From contig CAWIAD010000001.1 of NCBI GenBank assembly GCA_963833985.1, positions 1,728,001-1,792,000 on the forward strand: a DNA stretch of 64,000 nt, in the 5' to 3' direction. The notes under the pieces are model-generated. The model was not told the DNA's origin. It ran no database searches and was given only the letters and a program-made list of their open reading frames with translations. Positions 21,786-31,930 of this stretch are shown piece by piece (within the stretch, counting starts at the first letter, position 1; each line of letters opens with the position of its first letter). The position numbers were made by a program, and so were the translations under genes. The DNA is from an uncultured Planctomycetaceae bacterium (GTDB taxonomy: Bacteria; Planctomycetota; Planctomycetia; Isosphaerales; Isosphaeraceae).

Positions 21786-21792
21786 GCCACCC
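21743..21792 (+). promoter_or_regulatory. Three ACCCGATAAGCC repeats upstream of the HTH/replication operon
   Basis: Copies at 21743, 21755 and 21777. Confidence 0.65.
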
Positions 21793-21862
21793 TTCAAGAC
21801 CCATAGGGGGGTAATCGTATCGTGACCCCTGGCATGACAGACCATGCCGGGAGGAACCTACG

Positions 21863-22075
21863 ATGCCGCCAATCTTCTGCGATGCCCGCGACCTGGCCGA
21901 ACGGCTTTCCGTCCGCTACGACACCGTTCTGAGCTGGGTCCGCCGTGGCAAGATCCCCCACGTTCGGGACGGACGTGGCCGCTACCTGTTCAACCTGAAC
22001 ACGGTTCTGGAAGCGCTCCGCCAGAAGTCCCTGGACCCCCGGCCCGCGGCCGCCGTGAAGGATGGTGCACAATGA
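21863..22075 (+). CDS. Excisionase-like HTH protein
   Basis: DLAERLSVRYDTVLSWVRRGKIP...YLFN. Confidence 0.85.
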   Translation: MPPIFCDARDLAERLSVRYDTVLSWVRRGKIPHVRDGRGRYLFNLNTVLEALRQKSLDPRPAAAVKDGAQ

Positions 22076-22293
22076 TGCCATCCCTCCGTTGCAGGCCCCG
22101 CCGCGCTGTCGTTCCGGACAAGATCGAGAACAACCCGATCTTCTGGTTCGGGCAAATGCTGTACGCCATCGACCATTGCGACTTCCGCCGCGCATTCGAG
22201 GCCCGATCCGAGCTTGACCGCCTCGGGTGGCGAGTCGATCGCAAGGCCCTGGACGCTCCCCAGACGGAGCGATGCGAAGGGGGTGTGCAATGA
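22072..22293 (+). CDS. Hypothetical protein
   Basis: ATGA overlaps at both ends. Confidence 0.6.
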   Translation: MMPSLRCRPRRAVVPDKIENNPIFWFGQMLYAIDHCDFRRAFEARSELDRLGWRVDRKALDAPQTERCEGGVQ

Positions 22294-22601
22294 CACGAGC
22301 CCCCCACCCGAGGCCCACCCCGGCTGATTCCGTCCCGATCCGCCTGAGTCGTTCTCCCGTCGCGCCGGAACCGCCCGAGGCTCCGCGCCCCGAGGCCGCT
22401 CCGAAACGAACGCTTCCCGTTGGTCTCGAAGCGCTGCTCTCGCTCGATGACCTGGCCGCGCTCCTGTCATGCTCGCGCCGGCTTGTCGAGCGCATGCGTT
22501 CCGCCGGCAAGGTTCCCAAGCCCGATATCAAGATCGGCAAGATGCCGCGCTGGAAGGCCGCCACGATTCGAGCCTGGATCGAGAGGGGAGGCCGCTTGTG
22601 A
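22290..22601 (+). CDS. AlpA-like HTH regulator
   Basis: LLSLDDLAALLSCSRRLVERMRSAGKVPKP...PRWKAATIRAWI. Confidence 0.85.
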   Translation: MTRAPHPRPTPADSVPIRLSRSPVAPEPPEAPRPEAAPKRTLPVGLEALLSLDDLAALLSCSRRLVERMRSAGKVPKPDIKIGKMPRWKAATIRAWIERGGRL

Positions 22602-23836
22602 TGATCCGCCCCCCGGATGCCAGGGCACTCCGTCGTGTCCTGAACAATCTCCCGCTCAATGGCGAGCTGGCCGCCTTGCCCGAACCCTGGAAGGCGATGG
22701 CCGCCCACCTGAACGGCTTGAACAAGAAAAACCGCCCGGCCGCATGGCAAGCGATGCTGGCCGCCAGGCCCGACGAGCGCGAGGAGCTGGTCAAGGCTCT
22801 GGAGGAGATCGACCCGAACGAACCGGCCCCGCAAACCCTGGCCGCCGCGCCGTTCGCGACCCTGGCTGATGTCGCCAAGATCGTGTCGGCGCAACCCTGG
22901 CTGTGGAAGGGATGGCTGGCCCTCGGGGTGCTCAACGCCGTGGCCGCCGATCCGGGAATCGGTAAGACCCGGTTCGCCCTGGATCTGGCCCGCCGGATCT
23001 ACCACGGGGAATCGTGGCCCGATGGGCAACAAGCGACCCTGCCCCGGGGAACGCGGACGCTCTGGGTTCAGGGGGACCGTAACTTCGCTGAGATGCTTCA
23101 GGCCGCCCGCGACTTCGGATTGCCCGATGAGGCCGTGGCCCTGGGATCGTCTCCAGACGATCCGTTCGGCTCGCTCGATCTGGATGACTCCGACACCCTG
23201 GCCGCGATCGGAGACCGCATCCAGGCCGCCGCCGTACCGCTGGCCATAATCGACACCGTAGGGATGACCACAAGCCGCAATCTCTCAAGACCGGACGAAG
23301 CCCGTGAGTTCTTCGCCCCAATCATGGAACTGTGCCAGAAGACCGGGGTGGCCGTCCTGGGTCTGACCCACCTGTCGGCGAACAAGGAAGCCCTCGGACG
23401 GCGGATCGTCGAGAAGGCCCGGGTAGTCATCAAGATGACCCAGCCCGACCCGGAAGGCCAGCCCGACCGCCGCCGCCTCTGGGTGGATAAGACCGCCGTG
23501 GTTAAGCCGCCGGCCCTGGGTATCACGATGGGGACAGCCGGGAACACCTACGACTTTGACCCGCCCAAGGAGCCCGATCCCATGCCCAAGAGACGAGGCC
23601 CCGCGCCCGAGAAGCTGGAAGAGTGCAAGACGTGGCTTGCCACTCAACTGACCCCCAACCCGACCCGGGTTTCGAGAGTTCGGACAGCCGCCAATGAAGC
23701 CGATTTCGCGGCCAGCACTCTTTACGCCGCGCGGGATGCCATGGGAGTCGCTGAGTACGAATTGGATGGTCGGAAATGGTGGAAGCTTCCCGCCGGGAAC
23801 GTGGAGCCCGACCCCGACCCTGACAAGCCATACTGA
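22601..23836 (+). CDS. RecA-family (AAA_25/RepA-like) helicase
   Basis: PWLWKGWL, Walker A ADPGIGKT, Walker B LAIIDT, GLTH. Confidence 0.85.
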   Translation: MIRPPDARALRRVLNNLPLNGELAALPEPWKAMAAHLNGLNKKNRPAAWQAMLAARPDEREELVKALEEIDPNEPAPQTLAAAPFATLADVAKIVSAQPWLWKGWLALGVLNAVAADPGIGKTRFALDLARRIYHGESWPDGQQATLPRGTRTLWVQGDRNFAEMLQAARDFGLPDEAVALGSSPDDPFGSLDLDDSDTLAAIGDRIQAAAVPLAIIDTVGMTTSRNLSRPDEAREFFAPIMELCQKTGVAVLGLTHLSANKEALGRRIVEKARVVIKMTQPDPEGQPDRRRLWVDKTAVVKPPALGITMGTAGNTYDFDPPKEPDPMPKRRGPAPEKLEECKTWLATQLTPNPTRVSRVRTAANEADFAASTLYAARDAMGVAEYELDGRKWWKLPAGNVEPDPDPDKPY

Positions 23837-23840
23837 CTGC

Positions 23841-23945
23841 TTGTCCGAGTTGTCCGAGATAAACGATCGCCTATCTCAGACAACTCGGACAGCGTTGTCC
23901 GAGTTTCCTACCCCTAAGGAACTCCGAAACTCGGACACCGGACAC
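23841..23945. repeat. TGTCCGAG iteron-like cluster, candidate replication origin
   Basis: TTGTCCGAG at 23841, 23850 and 23895; reverse copies CTCGGACA near 23884 and 23930. Confidence 0.65.
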
Positions 23946-23976
23946 CCCCTATCTTGCCCATTGTGGAGCTTCGCCA

Positions 23977-25206
23977 ATGACCGCCTTGGGAGACCGGATC
24001 GACTGGAACTCAATCCGCGACCGGATCGACCTGGCCCGGGTTGCGACCGCCCTACTTGGCCCGCCCCCAGGCCGTCGCGGAGAGGGTGGCCGCCGCCTCT
24101 GGTGGCGATGCCCTTTTCACGACGATGGCAACCCATCGTTCTGCGTGGAGCCCGGCCGCCGCTGGTGGAAGTGTTTCGGCTGCGGGGAGGAAGGCAACGC
24201 GCCAAAGCTGGTGATGAAGTTGAACGGCGCGACCTTTCCCGAGGCCGTTCGCACAGTGACGGAGCTGGCCGGCATCGCGACCCCCTCGGGACGATCCGCC
24301 AGCCCGACCCCGAGGCCCGCGACCGCGCCCGCCGCCAGCAAGACCGAGAAGACCCACGACACCGCGCCCGAGGGACCATCCGGCTTGCCTCTGGCCGATG
24401 CCCTGGCTCTTGTGACCGAGGCCGCCGGCCGCCTCTGGACGCACGAGGGGACCGAGGCACTGGTTTATCTCCACAATCGCGGTCTGACCGATGAGACGAT
24501 CAAGGCCGCGCGCCTCGGATGGACGCCCGGCGTGATGGTTCCGTTTGGGGACGGGGACAAAGCAGTGCGCCGTAGTGGGTGGATTGTCCCGTGGTTTGAC
24601 GGAGACCGCCTTACGAAGATCAACATCCGCCAGCCCGAGGGGACAGAGCCGAAGTACGCCGAAGCGTTCCGCGACCGGCCCGGGATCTTCCCCGACCCCG
24701 CCGTCATCGAGCCCGGCGCGCCGCTGGTCATCGTGGAAGGGGAGTTTGACGCCCTCTTGCTCCGTCAAGAACTCCGCGACCTGGCCGCCGTCGTGACGCT
24801 GGGATCGGCATCGAGCCGCCCCAATCTGGCCGCCCGATCGGAGATGCTGGCCGCGTTCCCTTGGTACATCGCGACCGATGCCGATCAGGCCGGCGACAAG
24901 GCCGCCTCGGGATGGCCCGTCGTGGCCCGCCGCGTTCGACCCCCCGAGCCCTTCAAGGATTGGACCGAGGCCGCCCAAGCCGGCATCAACCTGCGCCTCT
25001 GGTGGGCCGCCCGCCTCGGGAGGGAAACGCTCTGGCGCGAGCTGGCAGCCCTGCGCTGGGGACCGGCCCGGGACGATCCAACCCCCGGCATCATCATCGA
25101 CCGCCCCGACCCCGAGGCGATCCGCGCCGCCCTGGCCGGCGCGGATCCGCTTGACCGCTACGCCCTGGCCGAGCGCCAGGCGATCCAGACGGAGAACCAA
25201 CCATGA
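23977..25206 (+). CDS. DNA primase (CHC2 zinc finger + TOPRIM)
   Basis: CPFHDD.NPSF...KCFGCG; IVEGEFDAL; DADQAGD. Confidence 0.9.
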   Translation: MTALGDRIDWNSIRDRIDLARVATALLGPPPGRRGEGGRRLWWRCPFHDDGNPSFCVEPGRRWWKCFGCGEEGNAPKLVMKLNGATFPEAVRTVTELAGIATPSGRSASPTPRPATAPAASKTEKTHDTAPEGPSGLPLADALALVTEAAGRLWTHEGTEALVYLHNRGLTDETIKAARLGWTPGVMVPFGDGDKAVRRSGWIVPWFDGDRLTKINIRQPEGTEPKYAEAFRDRPGIFPDPAVIEPGAPLVIVEGEFDALLLRQELRDLAAVVTLGSASSRPNLAARSEMLAAFPWYIATDADQAGDKAASGWPVVARRVRPPEPFKDWTEAAQAGINLRLWWAARLGRETLWRELAALRWGPARDDPTPGIIIDRPDPEAIRAALAGADPLDRYALAERQAIQTENQP

Positions 25207-25613
25207 GCGACCCGAACGACCTGAGAGACCGCGCCGAGCGACTGCGCCGGCAATTCCCGCCCCGGCGATCCGCGACCCCGCCACAAGAGAACGGCCGCCG
25301 GCTGGCCACAATCGACCGATCGGAGACCGAGCAAATCCGCGTCAACTGGTCCGAGTTCGAGGGGAAGCCTTTCCTCTCGATCCGCATGTGGAAGCGTGGC
25401 GACGATGGCGGGTGGTGGCCGGACGGGAAGCGTGGAATCTCGATCCGCGTTCGCGAGCTGCCCGAGCTGGTGGACGGCATAGCCGAAGCGCTCGACCTGG
25501 CCGACGCCGAACGGGACCGGCATGTTGCCCCGACGGCCCGCCATCAGGCGCCGCGCCCCGCGGGTAATCCTCCACCTGCGCACCAAGCCGACTTCGACGA
25601 ATTCGATCGATGA
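25203..25613 (+). CDS. PC4/YdbC-like ssDNA-binding protein
   Basis: EQIRVNWSEFEGKPFLSIRMW...KRGISIR; acidic tail DFDEFDR. Confidence 0.8.
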   Translation: MSDPNDLRDRAERLRRQFPPRRSATPPQENGRRLATIDRSETEQIRVNWSEFEGKPFLSIRMWKRGDDGGWWPDGKRGISIRVRELPELVDGIAEALDLADAERDRHVAPTARHQAPRPAGNPPPAHQADFDEFDR

Positions 25614-25634
25614 CCGCCCCGGGGAGCTGCGATC

Positions 25635-25985
25635 ATGCCCACCTATCATCGCCCCTTCCGCGCCAGGCCCACCGTGGTTGACGGAGTGCGCTACGACTCC
25701 CAGGCCGAAGCGAACCGCGCCGCGATCCTGGACCTACTCCAGAGGGGTGGCGAAGTGCGCTGGTGGCTTCGCCAGGTTACGGTTCGCCTCGGTTGCCCCG
25801 AGAACACTTACCGCGTGGATTTCGTGGTGTGCCTGAAGGACGGCCGCGTCCACGGTGAAGACGTGAAGGCGATCGAGACGCGCGAATTCCGCCGCCAGAA
25901 ACAACTGTGGAAGTCATACGGACCATTTCCCCTCCATGTTCTGACCAAGAAGGCCGTGGAGATCATCGAGCCCGACCCGTCATGA
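25635..25985 (+). CDS. DUF1064-like PD-(D/E)XK nuclease
   Basis: VDGVRYDSQAEA...YRVDF...EDVK. Confidence 0.75.
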   Translation: MPTYHRPFRARPTVVDGVRYDSQAEANRAAILDLLQRGGEVRWWLRQVTVRLGCPENTYRVDFVVCLKDGRVHGEDVKAIETREFRRQKQLWKSYGPFPLHVLTKKAVEIIEPDPS

Positions 25986-26140
25986 ACCGACCCACCCCGA
26001 CCGGACCACCCTCTGGGTGGTGCCCACGTATTGACCGACCCCGACCCCCGAGGCACCATGAGGGTTGAACGGGGAACGAGCCCGCTAGTAACGAGCCCGC
26101 CCCCTTGATTCGACCCCTGACGTGAACAGGAGACGAACCC

Positions 26141-27604
26141 ATGGCAAGTATCTTCAAGCCCGCCGGCAAATCCAAGTACGTCATCTTCTATCACGACGAA
26201 GACGGCAAGCGCCACAAGAAAACCGGCGCGACGGACAAGCAAGTCACCGAGCGGATTGCCCGCGACATCGAGAACCGCACGGCGCTGCTTCGAGAGGGGA
26301 TCATCGACCCCAAGGCCGAAGCATACCGCGACCATGCCGCGTGCCCCCTGGCCGATCATCTGGCCGCCTGGATCAAGGCATTGGAAGCCAAGGGGACAAC
26401 CGCCAAGCATTGTAAGCTGTTCTCCGATCGAGCCCGCCGTGTCGTGGCGCTGGTCTTGGGAGCTACGCTCTCGGACATCGAGCCCGGCAAGACGACGAAA
26501 GCCAACATCGAGCGAGCGGAAGCCGCTCTGACAAAGTGGGTGAAGTCCGCCAGGCTGAACCACCTGACCGCCGAGCGCGTTCAATGCGCCCTGGCCACGC
26601 TCCGAGCGGAAGGCCGATCGCTTGCAACCTGCAACCATCATCGAGCCGCGGTTCGTGCACTGGCGAAGTGGCTTCACGAAACCCATCGCACCCGGGAGAA
26701 CACCCTGCGCGGAGTGACGGGGTTCAATGCCAAGGAAGACCGCCGCCACGACCGCCGGACATTGGCCCTGGACGAGTTGCAGAAGCTGATCGATGCCGCG
26801 GCGATCGGCCCCGACTTCCAGAGGATGACCGGCCCGGCCCGGGCGCTCTGCTACCGCCTGGCCGTCGCCTCGGGACTTCGCTATGCCGAACTGGCCAGCC
26901 TGACCCCCGAGTCATTCCACTTCGAGAACGGCCCTGGCGTGACTGTGGCCGCCGCCTACGCGAAGAACGGCCAGACCGCCACGCTGCCATTGCCGGATGA
27001 GCTGGCGGAAGAGGTGGCCACGTTCCTTGGCCCTCTGGCCCCGGGCGCTCCGGTCTTCCCTCTGCCCGCTGAAAAGGGAGCAAAGATGCTCCGCGTGGAC
27101 CTGGCCGCCGCCGGCATCCCATACATCGACGCCGCCGGACTGGTGTTCGACTTCCATTCACTCCGTTGCCAGTGCGCCACGCTGGCCGACGCCGCTGGTG
27201 TGTCGCCTCGAGTGGTACAACGGATGATGAGGCATTCGACCCTGGAACTGACCGGCCGCTACACCCGCCCCCGCGCCGTGGACATCGAGCGTGCCGCCTC
27301 GATGCTTCCCAGCTTGAAGCCCGTGGCCCCCGGCCCCGAATTGATGGCCGCGACCGGGACCGATCCGGCCCCCGTTTTCAAGCCAACTGCTACCCGTGGC
27401 GCTACCCTGCCCGAGGGGAGTGATTCTAAACCCATTGCAGAAGCATCCTTGGGGAACGCGGGCAACGGTCTCATAATCCGCAGGTCTGGGGTTCGAGTCC
27501 CCACCCCGGTATTTCCAGAACAAGCCCGAATCAGCCAGGCATGTCCTCCTCGGGCACTCACTTACAGTTCACCCATCAAGAGCCGTCGAATCATGACGAA
27601 CTGA
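26141..27604 (+). CDS. int: Tyrosine integrase; the ORF runs through attR
   Basis: MASIFK N-terminus, GLRYAEL, DFHSLR, MRHS...RYT. Confidence 0.93.
   Translation: MASIFKPAGKSKYVIFYHDEDGKRHKKTGATDKQVTERIARDIENRTALLREGIIDPKAEAYRDHAACPLADHLAAWIKALEAKGTTAKHCKLFSDRARRVVALVLGATLSDIEPGKTTKANIERAEAALTKWVKSARLNHLTAERVQCALATLRAEGRSLATCNHHRAAVRALAKWLHETHRTRENTLRGVTGFNAKEDRRHDRRTLALDELQKLIDAAAIGPDFQRMTGPARALCYRLAVASGLRYAELASLTPESFHFENGPGVTVAAAYAKNGQTATLPLPDELAEEVATFLGPLAPGAPVFPLPAEKGAKMLRVDLAAAGIPYIDAAGLVFDFHSLRCQCATLADAAGVSPRVVQRMMRHSTLELTGRYTRPRAVDIERAASMLPSLKPVAPGPELMAATGTDPAPVFKPTATRGATLPEGSDSKPIAEASLGNAGNGLIIRRSGVRVPTPVFPEQARISQACPPRALTYSSPIKSRRIMTN
27389..27407 (+). repeat. Probable integrase arm-type site, right
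   Basis: Identical to 13149-13167. Confidence 0.7.
27466..27511 (+). repeat. attR, duplicated 3' part of the tRNA
   Basis: CGGTCTCATAATCCGCAGGTCTGGGGTTCGAGTCCCCACCCCGGTA. Confidence 0.95.
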
Positions 27605-27820
27605 TCCGGCCCGGTAAGGCCACCTGCTGCTCACCAAACAATTGTGCCCCATACGCACGCGAGCGTCACCGAGTCTTTTCATGTCTGGTTTCGGGTCCGG
27701 AATATCAGGACGCGCCGCGATTGACTCGACATTGCGGGGCGGGCATACGTCATACTGTGGCTGGCCCCAAAGCGCCCCCAGAGACTTATGGCAGACAGTT
27801 CGTTCGGCGGAGGTCTCGAC

Positions 27821-28270
27821 ATGAAGATCCGCAAGCGCATCCTCATCGCTCTTCTGTTGCTGTTCCCGGCCGGGATCGCTTGGGGGTACTTCCGCTTGCC
27901 ATGGGCAGCCGTCCGAAGCCTGTACCGCGATGACGACATCGCGCAGGCAACCGCCGTCTACCTGTCTCCGAACCTGGCTGTCTCCCCGGCTCAACGCCGA
28001 TATCTCCAGCACGCGCTGCCTGTGGGGGTTGTGCCGACCGTACCCCTGGGGGGTACGTTCGATTCGCGAGTGCCGCGCGTCTCGGTATGCGTGACCTGGA
28101 ACTGGGCTGTGCTCGCCCGCGTTGAAAGCGCCGTCTTCACTCAGGACAAGCTTGGTGTCGCGGCCAGGGATAGCGTGTACGTGTGCCTGTTCGGCGCCTG
28201 GCTGCCAATATTGACGTACAGGTATGAAAGGGGGTGGCCGCCGGACGTCGAGGCACTCGCACCGCTTTGA
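27821..28270 (+). CDS. Hypothetical membrane-anchored protein
   Basis: MKIRKRILIALLLLFPAGIAWG N-terminal anchor, RBS GGAGG. Confidence 0.55.
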   Translation: MKIRKRILIALLLLFPAGIAWGYFRLPWAAVRSLYRDDDIAQATAVYLSPNLAVSPAQRRYLQHALPVGVVPTVPLGGTFDSRVPRVSVCVTWNWAVLARVESAVFTQDKLGVAARDSVYVCLFGAWLPILTYRYERGWPPDVEALAPL

Positions 28271-28401
28271 GTGACGCGGTCCGATGGCACGGTCCGATGG
28301 GGCCACCCACCCGCCGAGATCTCGAAGAGGTCAGACGGGGCCACCCTCACACCGGGATATCGACGCGTGGGTGGCTCCGATTGTCCCCCATAGCGTCCAA
28401 C

Positions 28402-30946
28402 TTAAGGATTCCATTCCAGAAGTTCTGGATCCAAAAGGAGTTGGAATAGGCTGGGCCGTTTCTTCCGACGTTTCTTCTGAGCGACGCTAGTGTCCTGAGT
28501 TAGAAGTTCGCTCACAAACCCTCGCCACTCGATCTAAGATCATATCAGCATCTGCCGTCCATACGAAAGGCTTGGGATTTACGTTGTGTTTTGCCAGGAA
28601 TTCATGGATCGCCTGTTCCAACGCCGCCACGCTCCGGAATACTCCACGGCGAATTCGCTTCTCGGTAATCTCCGCGAAGAATCGTTCAACCTGGTTCAGC
28701 CAAGAGCCGCTGGTGGGAGTGAAATGCAGATGATACTCGGGATGGCGAGCGAACCACCGCTTCACGGCTGGAGCTTTGTGTGTGCCGTAGTTGTCCATGA
28801 CGAGGTGAATCTCGACGCCTGGTGCTTTGGCGATCTGGCTATCGATCTCGTTGAGGAATTTGAGGAATTCTTGTTGTCGATGGCGACGGTAGCATTTGCC
28901 AATCACACGACCTGTCGCGACGTCCAAGGCGGCGAACAGCGAAGTCGTCCCATTGCGTACATAATCCGGAGTTCGCCTCTCCGCCTGGCCAGGCCCCATG
29001 GGAAGCAACGGCTGGGTACGGTCCAACGCTTGCACCTGGCTCTTCTCGTCGATGCTCAAGACGATAGCGCGCTCCGGCGGGCTCATATACAACCCGACGA
29101 TGTCGCGGACCTTCTCGATGAAAAAGGGGTCCGTGGAAAGCTTGAACGTCTCGCTGCGGTGAGGCTTCAACTCGAACGCTCGCCAGATACGCGAGATCGC
29201 TGTCTGAGACAAGCCGACGGCTTCCGCCATGCCCCGAGTGCTCCAATGCGTGGCGGCCTTGGGTTTCTCCTCCAGAGTCTTGGTCACAACGGCCTCGACC
29301 ATTGCGTCCGTGATTTTGCAGGGCGCCCCCGGCCTTGGCTCGTCGGACAGGCCGTCGAGACGATCGAGGAGGAAACGTTTCCGCCATTTCCCGACCGTCA
29401 CGACATTCACCCGGAGCTGTGCGGCGACTTCCTGATTATCGAAACCTTGAGCGCAAGCCAAGATGATCCGCGAACGGAGGGCGAGACGCTGGCTGGTCTT
29501 GGGCCGGCGCGACCACGCTTCGAGTTTCTGGCGCTCGACATCATTCAAAGTGAGAGTAGCCTTGGGGCGACCACCTTTATTCATCATAAATCTCCTTTGA
29601 GAGATTATATGACGAATACATGATAAGTCAAGGTTATTTGGTGAATTTGTAACTCAGGACACTAGCGATCGTCGTGGCCATGTCTCTCAAGGTGCGTATG
29701 AGCTCGTCGATGTTATCCAACGCTCGGGTCAGGGATTCCATCCAGTTCCGGATGACGCGGGCCGCTTTCCAGTGGCTGCGGCGGGGATCGGCCGCGTTCG
29801 CGGTCAGGAGCAGCCAATGCTGAAGCACCACGCCGATCAGTTTCGCCCAGAACAACGCCAGGCGTTCCATGCTGGTCCAGTGTGCACGCGACTCGGCGAG
29901 GTGGTTGTGAGATTTCCAAAGTTTGAACAGCAGTTCGATTTGCCAGCGCGTCCGATACAGGACCACGACCTCTTTCCACGTCAGAAGTGCGGCCAGGCAG
30001 TTGGTCAGGAAAATCGTCCAGTCGCACAAGTCCAGATGTTCTTGCGTGGGCACGCGGCCGTGTTTTTGAGCCTTTTCGTAGGCCGCTTGCCGACGTCGGT
30101 TCGCCACCTCCGGAGGCACTCGCAAGGCGATCAACCGACATCCCAGACGCTCCGCCGCGCCCACCGCGATCGACACGTCGACCGGCATGCCGGCGGGTTG
30201 CCGTCGGAGAAACGCCAGCATCTCCCATCGCCGCCCCTCCGCGTCGAAAACGGCCGTGCCGTGTTGCCAACGCGAAATCCAATAAGCTCCTTGCGCACCG
30301 ATGGATCGGAACCGCTCCAGGCAAAAGTATCCCAGGTCGCGGAGCGTCAGCGATCCGGAGGCCACTGGTGCGTCCACGTCCACGCTCGTGGCGTCGCTGT
30401 GACGACCGGGATGGACCTCCAACTTCTCCAACTGACCGCGGCGCAGTTCCCACGCCACCTGAATTTTCACCGCTGCCTTACCACTGCCCGTTTTGCCACC
30501 GCAGCCGGGAAATTCCGCCTCGAATTCGTCGGGCAAGGTCACCGTGGTGCTGTCGGCGATCACGACGGCGGTGAACTTGTCCAGCAGCGCCACGCCGGCC
30601 GCCGACGCCTCCACGACGGACTCCAACACGTGTTCCAAACCCGCGCGAAGTGCGCGACGAGCTTCTCCGAGAACCGCTTTTCGATCGCCTCGGCAGTCAC
30701 GTTCACACCCAGCAGTGCCGCCGTCGCGACGAAGTCGTTGGTATGGGGGCGAGGCGTCTTCATCACAGTCAGAACCATGGTCTTGAGCAGCGACGCGCCC
30801 GAGAATTTTCGTTGCCGCCGGATCACGCCCGTCGCACGACCGATCTCGTCGAGTTTCGAACCCAAGCTCGATTGCAACAACACGGCCACCTTGTTTATGA
30901 TCCCCAACGGAAGCTCCTTCTTCCAGGACGCGCTTGCTCGATACAA
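28402..30946 (-). pseudogene. IS4-family transposase, frameshifted and split by IS630
   Basis: IADST, RDLGYF, YRTRWQIELLFK; the tail SVAQKKRRKKRPSLFQLLLDP...* resumes left of 28489. Confidence 0.88.
28490..29662 (-). mobile_element. IS630-family element, copy 1 (transposase 28487-29587)
   Basis: TIR GTGTCCTGAGTTA, TA duplication within [24 protein letters not shown]. Confidence 0.95.
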
Positions 30947-31203
30947 CGCGAACTGGATTAAGGACTTCCTTTCTTTTTTCCTAGGCCAAATTCCTTAAGT
31001 TGGACGCTATGGGGTGGCTCCGATTGTCCCCCCCCCCACGATTGTCCCACCCCTGGAAGGATCGCGAATGTCGATACCGAAGCTCCGGCGATTCTGGCGT
31101 GCAAGAGTCAGCGCCTGCGCCGGTTGGCTCAATGTTGACCCTGGGGCAGAATTGTGGCTCGCGGTTGATGGCATTTCCGGATCGCTGGCATTGAGGTAGA
31201 GCG

Positions 31204-31871
31204 GTGCGCAGCTCCGAATCGACCTGCTGGACAATGATCCGCGACGCGGCGGCTGGCGACCCGGCCGGACGCGAGGAATTCGCGCAGCGATACCTCGGCG
31301 TTATTCGTGCCTATCTCGCCGCCCGATGGCGCGGCGCGGCCCTGCGCGAGGACATCGACGACGCCACGCAGGCAGTGTTCGTCGAGTGTTTCCGTCAGTG
31401 AGGCGTGCTGGACATCGCGGGCACGGGGCGAGTCCCCGGCTTTCGCGCTTTCCTGTACGGGGTCATCCGCAACGTCGCCCGCCGCTTCGAGAGCCGGCCG
31501 GTCCGCGGCGCCGACCCGTTGCCGGAAATCGCGGCGGATGACGCCAGCCAATCCCGCCTCTTCGACCGAACCTGGGCGCAGGCGATCATGGTCGAGGCCG
31601 CACAGTTACAGTACAGCGCGACAGGGCTGCGGAGCGCGGCGCCGCGGCCATGCAACGCGTCGAACTCCTGCGACCGCGATTCGAGGAAAACCTCCCGATC
31701 AGGCAGATCGCCCTCCGCTGGGCCACCGATCCGGCTCTCGTTCACAAGTCTTATGCTCTTGCCAGAAAAGAATTTCGATCGGCCCTCCGGGAGGTCGTCG
31801 CGTTCCACCATCCGGGCAGTGCGGTCGAGCTGGAAGAGGAAGCGGCAAGTCTCTTGAAGGCGCTTTCCTGA
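31204..31871 (+). pseudogene. ECF sigma factor with in-frame TGA (31399) and a frameshift
   Basis: STCWTMIRDAA...EEFAQRY...DDATQAVF...FRAFLYGVIRN...FDRTWA...ARKEFRSALREVV. Confidence 0.8.
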
Positions 31872-31930
31872 GAATCTTTCCTGTCTCCCGGATTGTTCCA
31901 TGAAACGAGGCCAAGAATCCTTGCGAACTC

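Larger units (their letters stand above)
12980..27511 (+). mobile_element. Integrative element (PICI-like phage satellite candidate) in the tRNA(CAT)
   Basis: Identical 46-bp direct repeats at 12980-13025 and 27466-27511; integrase plus replication module inside. Confidence 0.92.
28389..31011 (-). mobile_element. IS4-family element interrupted by IS630
   Basis: TIR CATAGCGTCCAACTTAAGGA; 20-bp direct repeat GGGTGGCTCCGATTGTCCCC at 28369-28388 and 31012-31031. Confidence 0.88.

Noticed and set aside
17598..23945. Short direct repeats as a CRISPR array
   Set aside because: Only two to five copies, no regular unique spacers and no cas operon.
27466..27511. Second tRNA gene
   Set aside because: It lacks the 5' acceptor strand and D-arm; it is the attR duplication.
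12980..27511. Complete prophage or ICE
   Set aside because: No capsid, portal, large terminase, tail, lysis, relaxase or T4SS genes were recognised.
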